Assembly (NCBI GenBank): GCA_035533875.1
Contig: DATLSZ010000038.1
Coordinates: forward strand, 355-64,354
Direction: 5' to 3'
From: Candidatus Acidiferrales bacterium
GTDB taxonomy: Bacteria; Patescibacteriota; Microgenomatia; Levybacterales; UBA12049
DNA length: 64,000 nucleotides
Below, piece by piece: positions 55,903 through 63,727 of the stretch. Numbering within the stretch: the first letter of the stretch is position 1; the number at the start of each line of letters is the position of its first letter. The notes below the pieces were generated by a model that did not search any database, had not been told where the DNA came from, and worked only from the letters and a program-made list of their open reading frames with translations. The position numbers and the translations under genes are program-made.

Positions 55903-57567
55903 TTACGCTCTATGGCCATGTCCCTGTGTTCTTGTGCGGCGTGGAGGTGCTAGTACTAAATGTTTTTGGGCCACTTGTCTTTCTCTCCGTGAGAATACAT
56001 TGGCAGGGAGTCCATCATAGGTCGGCCTTCGTGAAAGATCTCTGGCATCGAGTTCTCCCTTAAGCTGCCTAATCCGCAGTCCGTGCGTTTGCGCTAATTC
56101 TTGTTTTAAGGCATATACAACAGGTGCAGGTAATCCCTGGGCTCCTCCCAATACAGCAGCTTCATGGTGTTGGAGAGCTAAGTATGCTGCGCTTCCTGTC
56201 ATTGCTTCTTCTGCTTCTCTGAGATCGAGCTGGAGTCGCCCCGGTATACTTGCGGTACCAACATCCAATGGTAAACGATCACGGTTAACTTTATCTGTTT
56301 TATAAGTCGCGACAAGTCCTCTATGAAGTTTTTTCTGTCTTCTTCCTCGCATTCCTTCACGGACTTTTGCGCCTCCCCATACCGTAAATCCTCCCGCAGT
56401 TATGAGAGCTCCTGCTACAGAAGGTGTGTGACCATATACGTGTGCTAGATCAGCCAATCCTCTATTGATTAATTCGGCCAGTTCCATACCAAGTGTTTTA
56501 GCGTTGGCAGATGCGACTTGCACTGCAACTCTATAAGGAAATACATCATGAAGTTTGCTCCTTCTTAATAATGGTGGAGCGGTTACAACATTCTCTAGGG
56601 TAAGCGGAATTGCAGAAAATCCCCACAATGGATCCACCGCAGTAGCGAGTACCAATCCTGCTGACGCAAGTGACGTAGCACCGCTCACTAGTTGATTTGT
56701 AGGATTACGTCGATACGATTCAGCTCTGTCTTTTATCATATTACCAAGTAAATCGACACTGTCCTTCAATAATTCTGCATGTCTATCACTGAGAGGCAAA
56801 GCTGGATTTGCGCCTGTTACTACATCGGCGCTTCCAGGGTCTGGAATACGTCTTATCCTACGTTCTGCAGCAGCAAAAACGCTTCGTGCACCAGAACTAT
56901 CGTCTCCTCCCGAAGCTGCTCTTCGGCCTCCGCCATTTCCTCTTCCGCCGCCAGCTCCACCTGCAGCTTCAGAACCTCTTTCATGACCTGCATCAGATCC
57001 TGATCCTGCACCTCTGTCTGTTCCCGTGTCACTCCCCGCATTTACATCAGATCTCGGTCCTGCGCCTGCTTCAGATCCTGGTCCTGTGCCTGTTTCAGAT
57101 CCTGATCCTGCGCCTGCTTCAGATCCTGGTCCTGCGCCTCTCTCTGTTCTTGGCCTTCGGTTCCATCCTGCATCGGTTCTTGGTCCTGCGCCTCTCTCTG
57201 TTCCGGCTGCTCGTCCTGCTCCTTGATCCGTGCTACGTGGTTGATCACTTCCTGGAACCCCTGCCCTGCCTGCAGCAGCACTAGGTTCTCTTGGAACACC
57301 AGCACCTCTACCGGGTTCTCCAGGTGCACCTGGTGGTCTTCCCGGAACACCGTGATATTCAGCACCACCGGCTGGTGAGGCGGGACGTGGACCAGCTCCC
57401 TGTTCTTGCCCAGGGCCAGGTGCTTTGCGTCCTAATCCTCCTGGTAATCTAATATGAATACGACGGGAAGCACGGGGTCCTGTACTTCCAGGTCCGCTTT
57501 GCCCTTCACTGCCCAACGGGCTACTACCTCTTTCGGGTCTCCCCTCGGGTCTATTTAAGGAGCTCAT
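55903..57567 (-). CDS. Module protein A: 554-aa Gly/Arg/Pro/Ala/Glu-rich protein with a disordered N-half and a hydrophobic-segment C-half; unknown function
   Basis: Long ORF with its own TTGTAA-17-TATAAT promoter. N-terminal box SRRIHIRLPGGLG. Octapeptide repeats. Hydrophobic stretches LVSGATSLASAGLVLATAV and SVAGALITAGGFTVWGGA. Confidence 0.75.
   Translation of the reverse strand: MSSLNRPEGRPERGSSPLGSEGQSGPGSTGPRASRRIHIRLPGGLGRKAPGPGQEQGAGPRPASPAGGAEYHGVPGRPPGAPGEPGRGAGVPREPSAAAGRAGVPGSDQPRSTDQGAGRAAGTERGAGPRTDAGWNRRPRTERGAGPGSEAGAGSGSETGTGPGSEAGAGPRSDVNAGSDTGTDRGAGSGSDAGHERGSEAAGGAGGGRGNGGGRRAASGGDDSSGARSVFAAAERRIRRIPDPGSADVVTGANPALPLSDRHAELLKDSVDLLGNMIKDRAESYRRNPTNQLVSGATSLASAGLVLATAVDPLWGFSAIPLTLENVVTAPPLLRRSKLHDVFPYRVAVQVASANAKTLGMELAELINRGLADLAHVYGHTPSVAGALITAGGFTVWGGAKVREGMRGRRQKKLHRGLVATYKTDKVNRDRLPLDVGTASIPGRLQLDLREAEEAMTGSAAYLALQHHEAAVLGGAQGLPAPVVYALKQELAQTHGLRIRQLKGELDARDLSRRPTYDGLPANVFSRRERQVAQKHLVLAPPRRTRTQGHGHRA
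56993..57203 (-). repeat. Intragenic tandem repeats (24-nt units, plus a 22-nt duplicated block)
   Basis: Four consecutive 24-nt units start at 57047, 57071, 57095 and 57119 (TCAGATCCTGGTCCTGYGCCTGYT). GGTCCTGCGCCTCTCTCTGTTC occurs at 57128 and 57182. Confidence 0.85.
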
Positions 57568-57576
57568 AGTTAAATA

Positions 57577-57636
57577 ATTATAACATGATAATACTGTATT
57601 TACAAGTTGAACATTGTGGTATAAATATGGTATGAT
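57577..57636. promoter_or_regulatory. Compact divergent promoter region with back-to-back overlapping -35 elements
   Basis: Minus strand: TTGTAA (57605-57600), 17 nt, TATAAT (57582-57577). Plus strand: TTGAAC (57607-57612), 18 nt, TGgTATGAT (57628-57636), or TTTACA (57599-57604), 15 nt, TGgTATAAA. Confidence 0.55.
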
Positions 57637-57664
57637 ACAGATCTATAGTTTAGCTATAGTAAAA

Positions 57665-60600
57665 ATGAGAAAGAGTGACGCAGTTCCAGCTGGAGATGGA
57701 CCACAACATGAAGGAGGTGCACTTGTTGGTGCTTCTGTCCGTAGAACAATGACACCAGCAAAATTACCTCGAAGCATATGGGTGAGAAGGGGCGGCCCTG
57801 GTGAAAGGGCTGCACTCCCAGGTGCAGTAGTAGAACCTCGGTTGGCAACAGTGAGAGCTGTGCGGCATGTGCCCCAAACTCATGAACAAGCAAGAGACCA
57901 TGAGAAGGGAGCATTGGACGAAGCCTTAACTCGTGCTGTAAATACAGGTGAGCCTGTCGGTGTTGCTTTTTCACAACATGGAGGCAGAGTTAGCCATACG
58001 TTGATTGGACGTCCATTTGTTGGTGGAGACTCAGCGGATAAAATTGTCTTGGCATATCCACCTCGTGCTGTTGGCGAACACACAACTCAGGAAACGATAG
58101 ATCGTCAAATTGATTTTCCGCACTGGAGAAGATTACTTGTTGAACCACTTGCCGCACCCTCAAATCCAAAAAGAGCAGATAGTGACGGGTTAGATATCGA
58201 GAGTGCGATGCTCACCGGAGGGATGGAGGTTCCCGGGACGTATTTACTGTTGGGCCAGCAGCGGCATCCCGATGAGACTGGAAGATCGTTTGGTCAGACA
58301 CACGAACTGTTACGAAGAGCAAGAGGGAGCGTATCAGCAAGAGGTAGTGATCTTGAAAGAGGTCTTACGCAAATGACAGATAGACTCCGTAATAGAACAG
58401 GCGGAGATTTTGAAGTTGTGGCATATCTTGTCGGGTCGGATACTTCCGAACATGCAGATATGTTAGCCCATCGGATAGAACAAGCAGCAGCAAGTGGACG
58501 ACCGATCAATATAACAGTTGATCCAAGACCCTATGAAGGATTAGCACAAGCGGTTAAAGCAGGGGACAGTGCTCAACGACCAATGGTCGTAGGGAGAGAG
58601 AGTATTCCGGTTGGTTTGGCTAAGGATGACTTTGCGTCACTATTCCCACTCACCCCATTATCTGACTATGATGGAGAAGCGCGGAGACATCTCGTTCGTT
58701 GGTCAAGTCATTTTCCAAACCTTCATGATATACCTGATGAGAGACTCTGGGAGATCGGTGGTCTTTACACTGATGATGAAGTAGTCTTACCTGGGAGATT
58801 TCAAGTGGATATTGAAGCTGTGAGTGATCGTGTTGGTGTATTTGGAGAAACAGATTCCGGTAAAACAGTTTTGCTTATGCTCTACGCAGTGGGATTGGCA
58901 GCACACGGGATACCATCATGGGTTTGGCATCCAAAAGCCAATAAACAAGGCGATGCGACACCAGCTGAAAACATTGCAAGACTAGCGCAAAATTTAGGTG
59001 TAGAAACACCAGTCAGAGAATTAACTCCGGGAGATCTAACTCAAATACTATTTGGAATGGATGTACTCGATCACGGAGATATGGATCCCGCTACTTATTA
59101 TACTGAGGTGGTGGAATGGCTAACAAATGCATTTTATTCCACTGCTGGAACCGGAGAAAATACTGACAGCTTGATGTCAATTAAAAAGTTTGTGCATAAA
59201 GCAGTTTTCGGTGATGATATATCAAAAATCGCAACTACCACAGATCCAACAAAACAACGGTTTATGGGTTATGCGGAGCGAAAAGGGAGAGACGCATTGA
59301 CGGGATTAGATCTCATTACCGGAAGTGATCATATGCCCGGAAATTTCTTGGAGTTAGCTCAGGTAATTATTGAAGCAACAGAGCAACCTGACTATCAAGG
59401 AGAAGCGGCAAGTTTTGTCAAATGGTTTACTGGCCTTGTAGAAGTCGTCTCCACAAGTAGAGCCGGCTTATCTCTCCAGGGAGATACGAGAATGAATATT
59501 CTTGAATTATTTAATGGAATTACAAATTTCCAGACTGACGGGCTTGATGATATGGGATATGCGCTGATTTTTGGCGGCATGCTTCTTGAAGCAAAGAAAC
59601 ACCTAATGTACTCACCGGATAGATTAGCAATGATCGTTGATGAAATTGGAAAAATACTGAGGCCAGGCAGTCCACTCGAAGCACAAATGAAAGATGTTGC
59701 GGCACGATGGCGTTCTCTCGGCCTTGATTTTATTTATGCGGATCAACGACTTGGGAATGTTCCGAAAGATGTTCTTGGTAACACGGGAACATTAATGACT
59801 TTCAGAGTCCCAGAACAAGATGATTTAAGGACCGCACGTACACTGTTAGGTATAAGACCTGATCCCAACGGAGATGAACAAATCGCTGCTATAACTCACT
59901 TTATGACACGAGAACTTGCGGTATATGTGAAAGGTATGGGTATGGTAGAACCTGCACACGCGCAAGTTCGCTACTTGGATTTTTCAGGAACAGCACAACC
60001 TCTTCCGGCAGATACACTTATCATAGAAGATGAAGAAGGACTTAGACTTACCTTTGGTGAGACAAGAATGCTGGATTTACTATTTTATAGTCCACACATC
60101 GGTGCTGATATCCGAGCTCTTGCGGAGTTAGAGCTATTTAACAGAGAAGTTGGCCTTGATACTTATATGGCAGTATCTCCCGATTTGCAGGCTCGTCTGC
60201 AAGCGTTACAGGAGGATTTAGCTGACCCTCGATATATGCAGTATCTCGTCAAAAAAGCCGCGGAACGATCTCTGAGCGCACACTCATCAAGAGTTAATAC
60301 GGACGCATACTTAGAACTTACAGCCAAACAAGGAAAAACATTTGGCGAGTTTATTGCTCGTATCAGAGATGGAATGCATCACGCAATTAACGGAGAAGCA
60401 CCTGATGAGACGCCAGATAGGGAGTTTGTATTGCCGGGATATGAAACAATATGGGCAGAAGCAATTCTTACTTCCTGGATCAGCAATAGATCCCAGGATG
60501 CAATAAAAATATATAGTGCTTTAGTAGAGGGCACTCCGGAGGAAGTTCAAGCGCGATGGGAGCAGTTCCAGCAGGCACATGCCCGGGGTGAACTGGGTGC

Positions 60601-61768
60601 AGAGATTGAAAATGTATTAGGTGCTCCTGTGCCAAGTAATACTGAAGATGCAATAATTGCCTTTCTACAATCGATATCTGGAGGCTCGGAAGCAGCTATA
60701 CCAGGACTCATTGAGAAATTTCAACAAGGATTACCCCGGCCTGTAGAGAGAACAGATGAAGGTACTGAAAGAGATATTGCCGCAGAACTTGAAGAATTAC
60801 TTGGGTATCCCGTACCTGGAGAGACTGCCATGGATATGCTTAATTTCCTTCAGTTAAAACGAGCACCATTGGATCCGCTTACTTTTGCCAGGCAGCCATT
60901 TGGAAGAGGATATTTACTGGACGCTTTAGTAGGAGAGATAGGTATTGAAGAAGCTATTGTTAATGGCGACGCGAGCGAATTACGCGAACGGTTAGAGAAG
61001 AGATTGACGTTATTCAGTTTTTCCGATGTGAGTAAAGATGTACTCTTTGATAACATTATTGCGTTTGTAGAACTGGAGATAGAGAGAAGAAATAGTAGTG
61101 GAGCAAATCCGACAGAAGCATTAAACAGAGGGATTAAAGAAGCGGTTTCAGAAATTGGAGGAATTCTTGCAGCACTTGCAACTGCAAATTCCGGCGGCCA
61201 ATCTGCGCAGGCATTGGCACAAGTGCTTCAAAGTGAGTTAAGCCTTATGAGACAAGATCTTAGCAGGTTAGCCGGTACTGCAAGATCAGGTCAACAGGGT
61301 GAAACTAGCGAAGCAGGCATAACTAGTTTGTTGGAAGACAATACGGAAATAGAAAGTAGAAGATTGAATATGATTGATACTATTGCCCGTCATGTACGGA
61401 CATTTGGTACCGGATCTGAGTATGGAGATCGGATGATTGAAAGAATAAGTGAGGATTCTCAACTAGTTACGCTTCTGGCACGATTAGGTATAGTAGTCCC
61501 TGAACCGGGAACAGTAAATGAAAACACGGCTCAATTTAGCCCTCTTTTTTCAGCAGAAAATGATGATTTATATACATTACTTCCGTTATTTGTAGATGCA
61601 CCACAATTAACAGAAGCAATCATTGCGTTTCATGATAATCAATCAGAAGAAACACATGGTGCGTTGGAGGAAGCTATTGATAACGAATTTCCCTATGTAC
61701 TCAAAACAATAATTACTAATTTCTTCCCGGATGTTAATGCGAATGGAGGCAGTGATAATGCTAAATAA
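57665..61768 (+). CDS. Module protein B: 1367-aa protein with a central HerA/FtsK/VirB4-VirD4-like P-loop ATPase core and long uncharacterised flanks
   Basis: Walker A VGVFGETDSGKT (58844-58867). Walker B LAMIVDE (59624-59644). Then FIYADQRLGNVPKDVLGNTGTLMTFRV. N-terminal box RSIWVRRGGPG. Start set at ATG 57665. Confidence 0.8.
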   Translation: MRKSDAVPAGDGPQHEGGALVGASVRRTMTPAKLPRSIWVRRGGPGERAALPGAVVEPRLATVRAVRHVPQTHEQARDHEKGALDEALTRAVNTGEPVGVAFSQHGGRVSHTLIGRPFVGGDSADKIVLAYPPRAVGEHTTQETIDRQIDFPHWRRLLVEPLAAPSNPKRADSDGLDIESAMLTGGMEVPGTYLLLGQQRHPDETGRSFGQTHELLRRARGSVSARGSDLERGLTQMTDRLRNRTGGDFEVVAYLVGSDTSEHADMLAHRIEQAAASGRPINITVDPRPYEGLAQAVKAGDSAQRPMVVGRESIPVGLAKDDFASLFPLTPLSDYDGEARRHLVRWSSHFPNLHDIPDERLWEIGGLYTDDEVVLPGRFQVDIEAVSDRVGVFGETDSGKTVLLMLYAVGLAAHGIPSWVWHPKANKQGDATPAENIARLAQNLGVETPVRELTPGDLTQILFGMDVLDHGDMDPATYYTEVVEWLTNAFYSTAGTGENTDSLMSIKKFVHKAVFGDDISKIATTTDPTKQRFMGYAERKGRDALTGLDLITGSDHMPGNFLELAQVIIEATEQPDYQGEAASFVKWFTGLVEVVSTSRAGLSLQGDTRMNILELFNGITNFQTDGLDDMGYALIFGGMLLEAKKHLMYSPDRLAMIVDEIGKILRPGSPLEAQMKDVAARWRSLGLDFIYADQRLGNVPKDVLGNTGTLMTFRVPEQDDLRTARTLLGIRPDPNGDEQIAAITHFMTRELAVYVKGMGMVEPAHAQVRYLDFSGTAQPLPADTLIIEDEEGLRLTFGETRMLDLLFYSPHIGADIRALAELELFNREVGLDTYMAVSPDLQARLQALQEDLADPRYMQYLVKKAAERSLSAHSSRVNTDAYLELTAKQGKTFGEFIARIRDGMHHAINGEAPDETPDREFVLPGYETIWAEAILTSWISNRSQDAIKIYSALVEGTPEEVQARWEQFQQAHARGELGAEIENVLGAPVPSNTEDAIIAFLQSISGGSEAAIPGLIEKFQQGLPRPVERTDEGTERDIAAELEELLGYPVPGETAMDMLNFLQLKRAPLDPLTFARQPFGRGYLLDALVGEIGIEEAIVNGDASELRERLEKRLTLFSFSDVSKDVLFDNIIAFVELEIERRNSSGANPTEALNRGIKEAVSEIGGILAALATANSGGQSAQALAQVLQSELSLMRQDLSRLAGTARSGQQGETSEAGITSLLEDNTEIESRRLNMIDTIARHVRTFGTGSEYGDRMIERISEDSQLVTLLARLGIVVPEPGTVNENTAQFSPLFSAENDDLYTLLPLFVDAPQLTEAIIAFHDNQSEETHGALEEAIDNEFPYVLKTIITNFFPDVNANGGSDNAK

Positions 61769-61810
61769 CGTTAGACATATGAGATACTCTTTTAAGAAAG
61801 GATATAAGGT

Positions 61811-63643
61811 ATGATGCCTATGGAAGCACGTGGAGAACAAGGAGGATTGCCAATGCGTGACGGCGCGCCACGCGGTGTTACTTCTCCGGTTTCATCAAGG
61901 AGAATTCATTTGCGTGGAGTTGGCGAGGGTGCCATCGCTCCCGGATTGCCACAACAACCAGCTATGGCAGAGACTACCACTATGAATCCTGGCAGGCCGG
62001 GAAGACCAGAACGGGCTCCTGGTGCAACCCCAGCATCAGCTTTTGATGCTATGAGAGGGTATCCAACGGCAGTAGTTATAGGAGATTCTCATAAACCTGG
62101 AGGAGTTGAGGAAGTTGCTAAAGCATTGACGCGCGCGCATCACAGGAAAGAGGGAACCTATACCGGTAAAGTCGCGATTCTTAACTTAAAGTCTGATAAA
62201 ACAGTATTGAGAGGAGTAGAAGATGACGTCGATCAAGCAGGGATATCTTGGGAGCGAAGAAGGCCTTCACCGGACGGATTACTCGGATTATTTACTGAAC
62301 GTGACGGGATGGTCAGTCCGTATAGAGCAGCTGGAGCTTTCGTTGATGCTATGCTTGCACAACGACGTGAACCGGTCGATCCTGGTTTTAGGACAAGGTG
62401 TCGTCATGAAGTACTCCAACTTATGACTGTCTTAACAGACTGGTCTCGGGTTGAAGTACCACAGGATATTATTGATAATGGACAAGATCCTGATGCAATG
62501 CATAGGTTGCCAAATGTCCCACCGGCGTTAGTTCCAAAAGTCACTCAAATAAGAGATGCCGCTGCACATGTACTCCTTCCACAACAAAGGGGGGTACAAC
62601 CCGGACCTTACGGAAGATTTCAATTAACTGATAATGTATCCACGTTGACAGATGCACAAAGAGAATTATTAACAGGACCAATGTATGGTATCTATGAAAC
62701 AATTCAAACCTTACCAGAACAAGAACAAGTATTGAAAGCGATACTCAATTTTGCCAATGGTTTACTTCCGTCTGGTACCAGAGATCCGATCACACGGGGT
62801 AATTCTCGTGAAGATGAAGCAAGAGGTGAAGCCGCACCAAGTAGCGTCAATATTCTTGATTTGCCTACTGATCCCAATGTTGATCCTTCATTGAAACAAC
62901 TGTTAATTAAACTTGCGATAAATGATTTGAAGCTTTCGCCGGTGGATATGTTGTTAGTATTGGGTGCTGGAGATGCTGATAAGGATGCTATACGGAAAAT
63001 GAGAGAAGAACATAACGGACAGGTAGTTCTTCAATTTGATGAGGTAACAGATCCGGCACTTGCAGTGATGGGTGGATATAGTGTTGTTGCGACGGTAGGA
63101 AATGTTCCGGGTACTGGTGCAGGTTCGGCTGCTCAGATACTTGCAGCAAGAAATGCGCAGTATCCAGATGGAGATCAGCCGGAAGGATTGCCGGGTGACC
63201 GTAAGGTGCAATTAGGTGATGTACAGACTGTATTCGCTCCAGGTTACATTACTGTCTTTACTCCAGAAGGACAGGTTTTTAGAGGGGTACCGATAAGACC
63301 CACATTGGAGGCGAGTGATAATCCGGTGCAGATTGAAGAAGAATATTTTGTGCAAGCTCGAGCTGCTCAACATCCGTTACTTACCGATAGAGTGTTTGAT
63401 TTAGTCGGAGGTGCTGTAAATCGTTTGCAAGGCGGTCGTCGCAGGATTGCTCTGAGACGCAGAGACAGAATCGAAGGTGGAACACAGCCAGCAGTCGAAC
63501 AACAGGAAGAAGTAGGTGAGATAGGCACTGGTAGACAACCCGAGGCTGCTCCTCCTTTAACATATCCTCTTCCGGCAGATACTATAGGGCAAGAAGGTCA
63601 AGATTTACCCCATGGAGATGTCCCACCAGAACCCTGGGAATAA
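61811..63643 (+). CDS. Module protein C: 610-aa protein of unknown function
   Basis: Begins 42 nt after protein B on the same strand. N-terminal box SSRRIHLRGVGEG. Arg/Gly/Pro/Glu/Asp-rich with A-ending codon bias. Confidence 0.75.
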   Translation: MMPMEARGEQGGLPMRDGAPRGVTSPVSSRRIHLRGVGEGAIAPGLPQQPAMAETTTMNPGRPGRPERAPGATPASAFDAMRGYPTAVVIGDSHKPGGVEEVAKALTRAHHRKEGTYTGKVAILNLKSDKTVLRGVEDDVDQAGISWERRRPSPDGLLGLFTERDGMVSPYRAAGAFVDAMLAQRREPVDPGFRTRCRHEVLQLMTVLTDWSRVEVPQDIIDNGQDPDAMHRLPNVPPALVPKVTQIRDAAAHVLLPQQRGVQPGPYGRFQLTDNVSTLTDAQRELLTGPMYGIYETIQTLPEQEQVLKAILNFANGLLPSGTRDPITRGNSREDEARGEAAPSSVNILDLPTDPNVDPSLKQLLIKLAINDLKLSPVDMLLVLGAGDADKDAIRKMREEHNGQVVLQFDEVTDPALAVMGGYSVVATVGNVPGTGAGSAAQILAARNAQYPDGDQPEGLPGDRKVQLGDVQTVFAPGYITVFTPEGQVFRGVPIRPTLEASDNPVQIEEEYFVQARAAQHPLLTDRVFDLVGGAVNRLQGGRRRIALRRRDRIEGGTQPAVEQQEEVGEIGTGRQPEAAPPLTYPLPADTIGQEGQDLPHGDVPPEPWE

Positions 63644-63691
63644 TAAGTTTAGTAGACGGAAAGACATCCAACAAGATATCGAGTTGTATGA

Positions 63692-63721
63692 TTTTATTTA
63701 CACTTCACTTTACAGGATGCT
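63692..63721 (+). promoter_or_regulatory. Possible sigma70 promoter
   Basis: TTTACA (63692-63697), 18 nt, TATACT (63716-63721). GAGGAA SD precedes the ATG at 63728. Confidence 0.4.
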
Positions 63722-63727
63722 ATACTT

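Noticed and set aside
61892-61930. SRRIHLR / SRRIHIR looks like the twin-arginine (Tat) consensus S-R-R-x-F-L-K, and the 610-aa protein even has an A-M-A site about 20 residues later
   Set aside because: None of the four proteins has a hydrophobic h-region after the box. The following residues are G/P/E/K-rich. The 276-aa member has TSIHVR with no RR, and the cytoplasmic-type ATPase carries the box too. It is treated as a novel box rather than a Tat signal.
55903-63643. Describing the whole module as a high-GC island
   Set aside because: My hand counts of 60-nt samples gave about 42-43 percent G+C inside the 1367-aa and 610-aa genes against about 48 percent in two host-gene samples. Only the repeat region of the 554-aa gene was clearly higher (58 percent). 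The anomaly lies in amino-acid composition and synonymous codon choice, not bulk GC.
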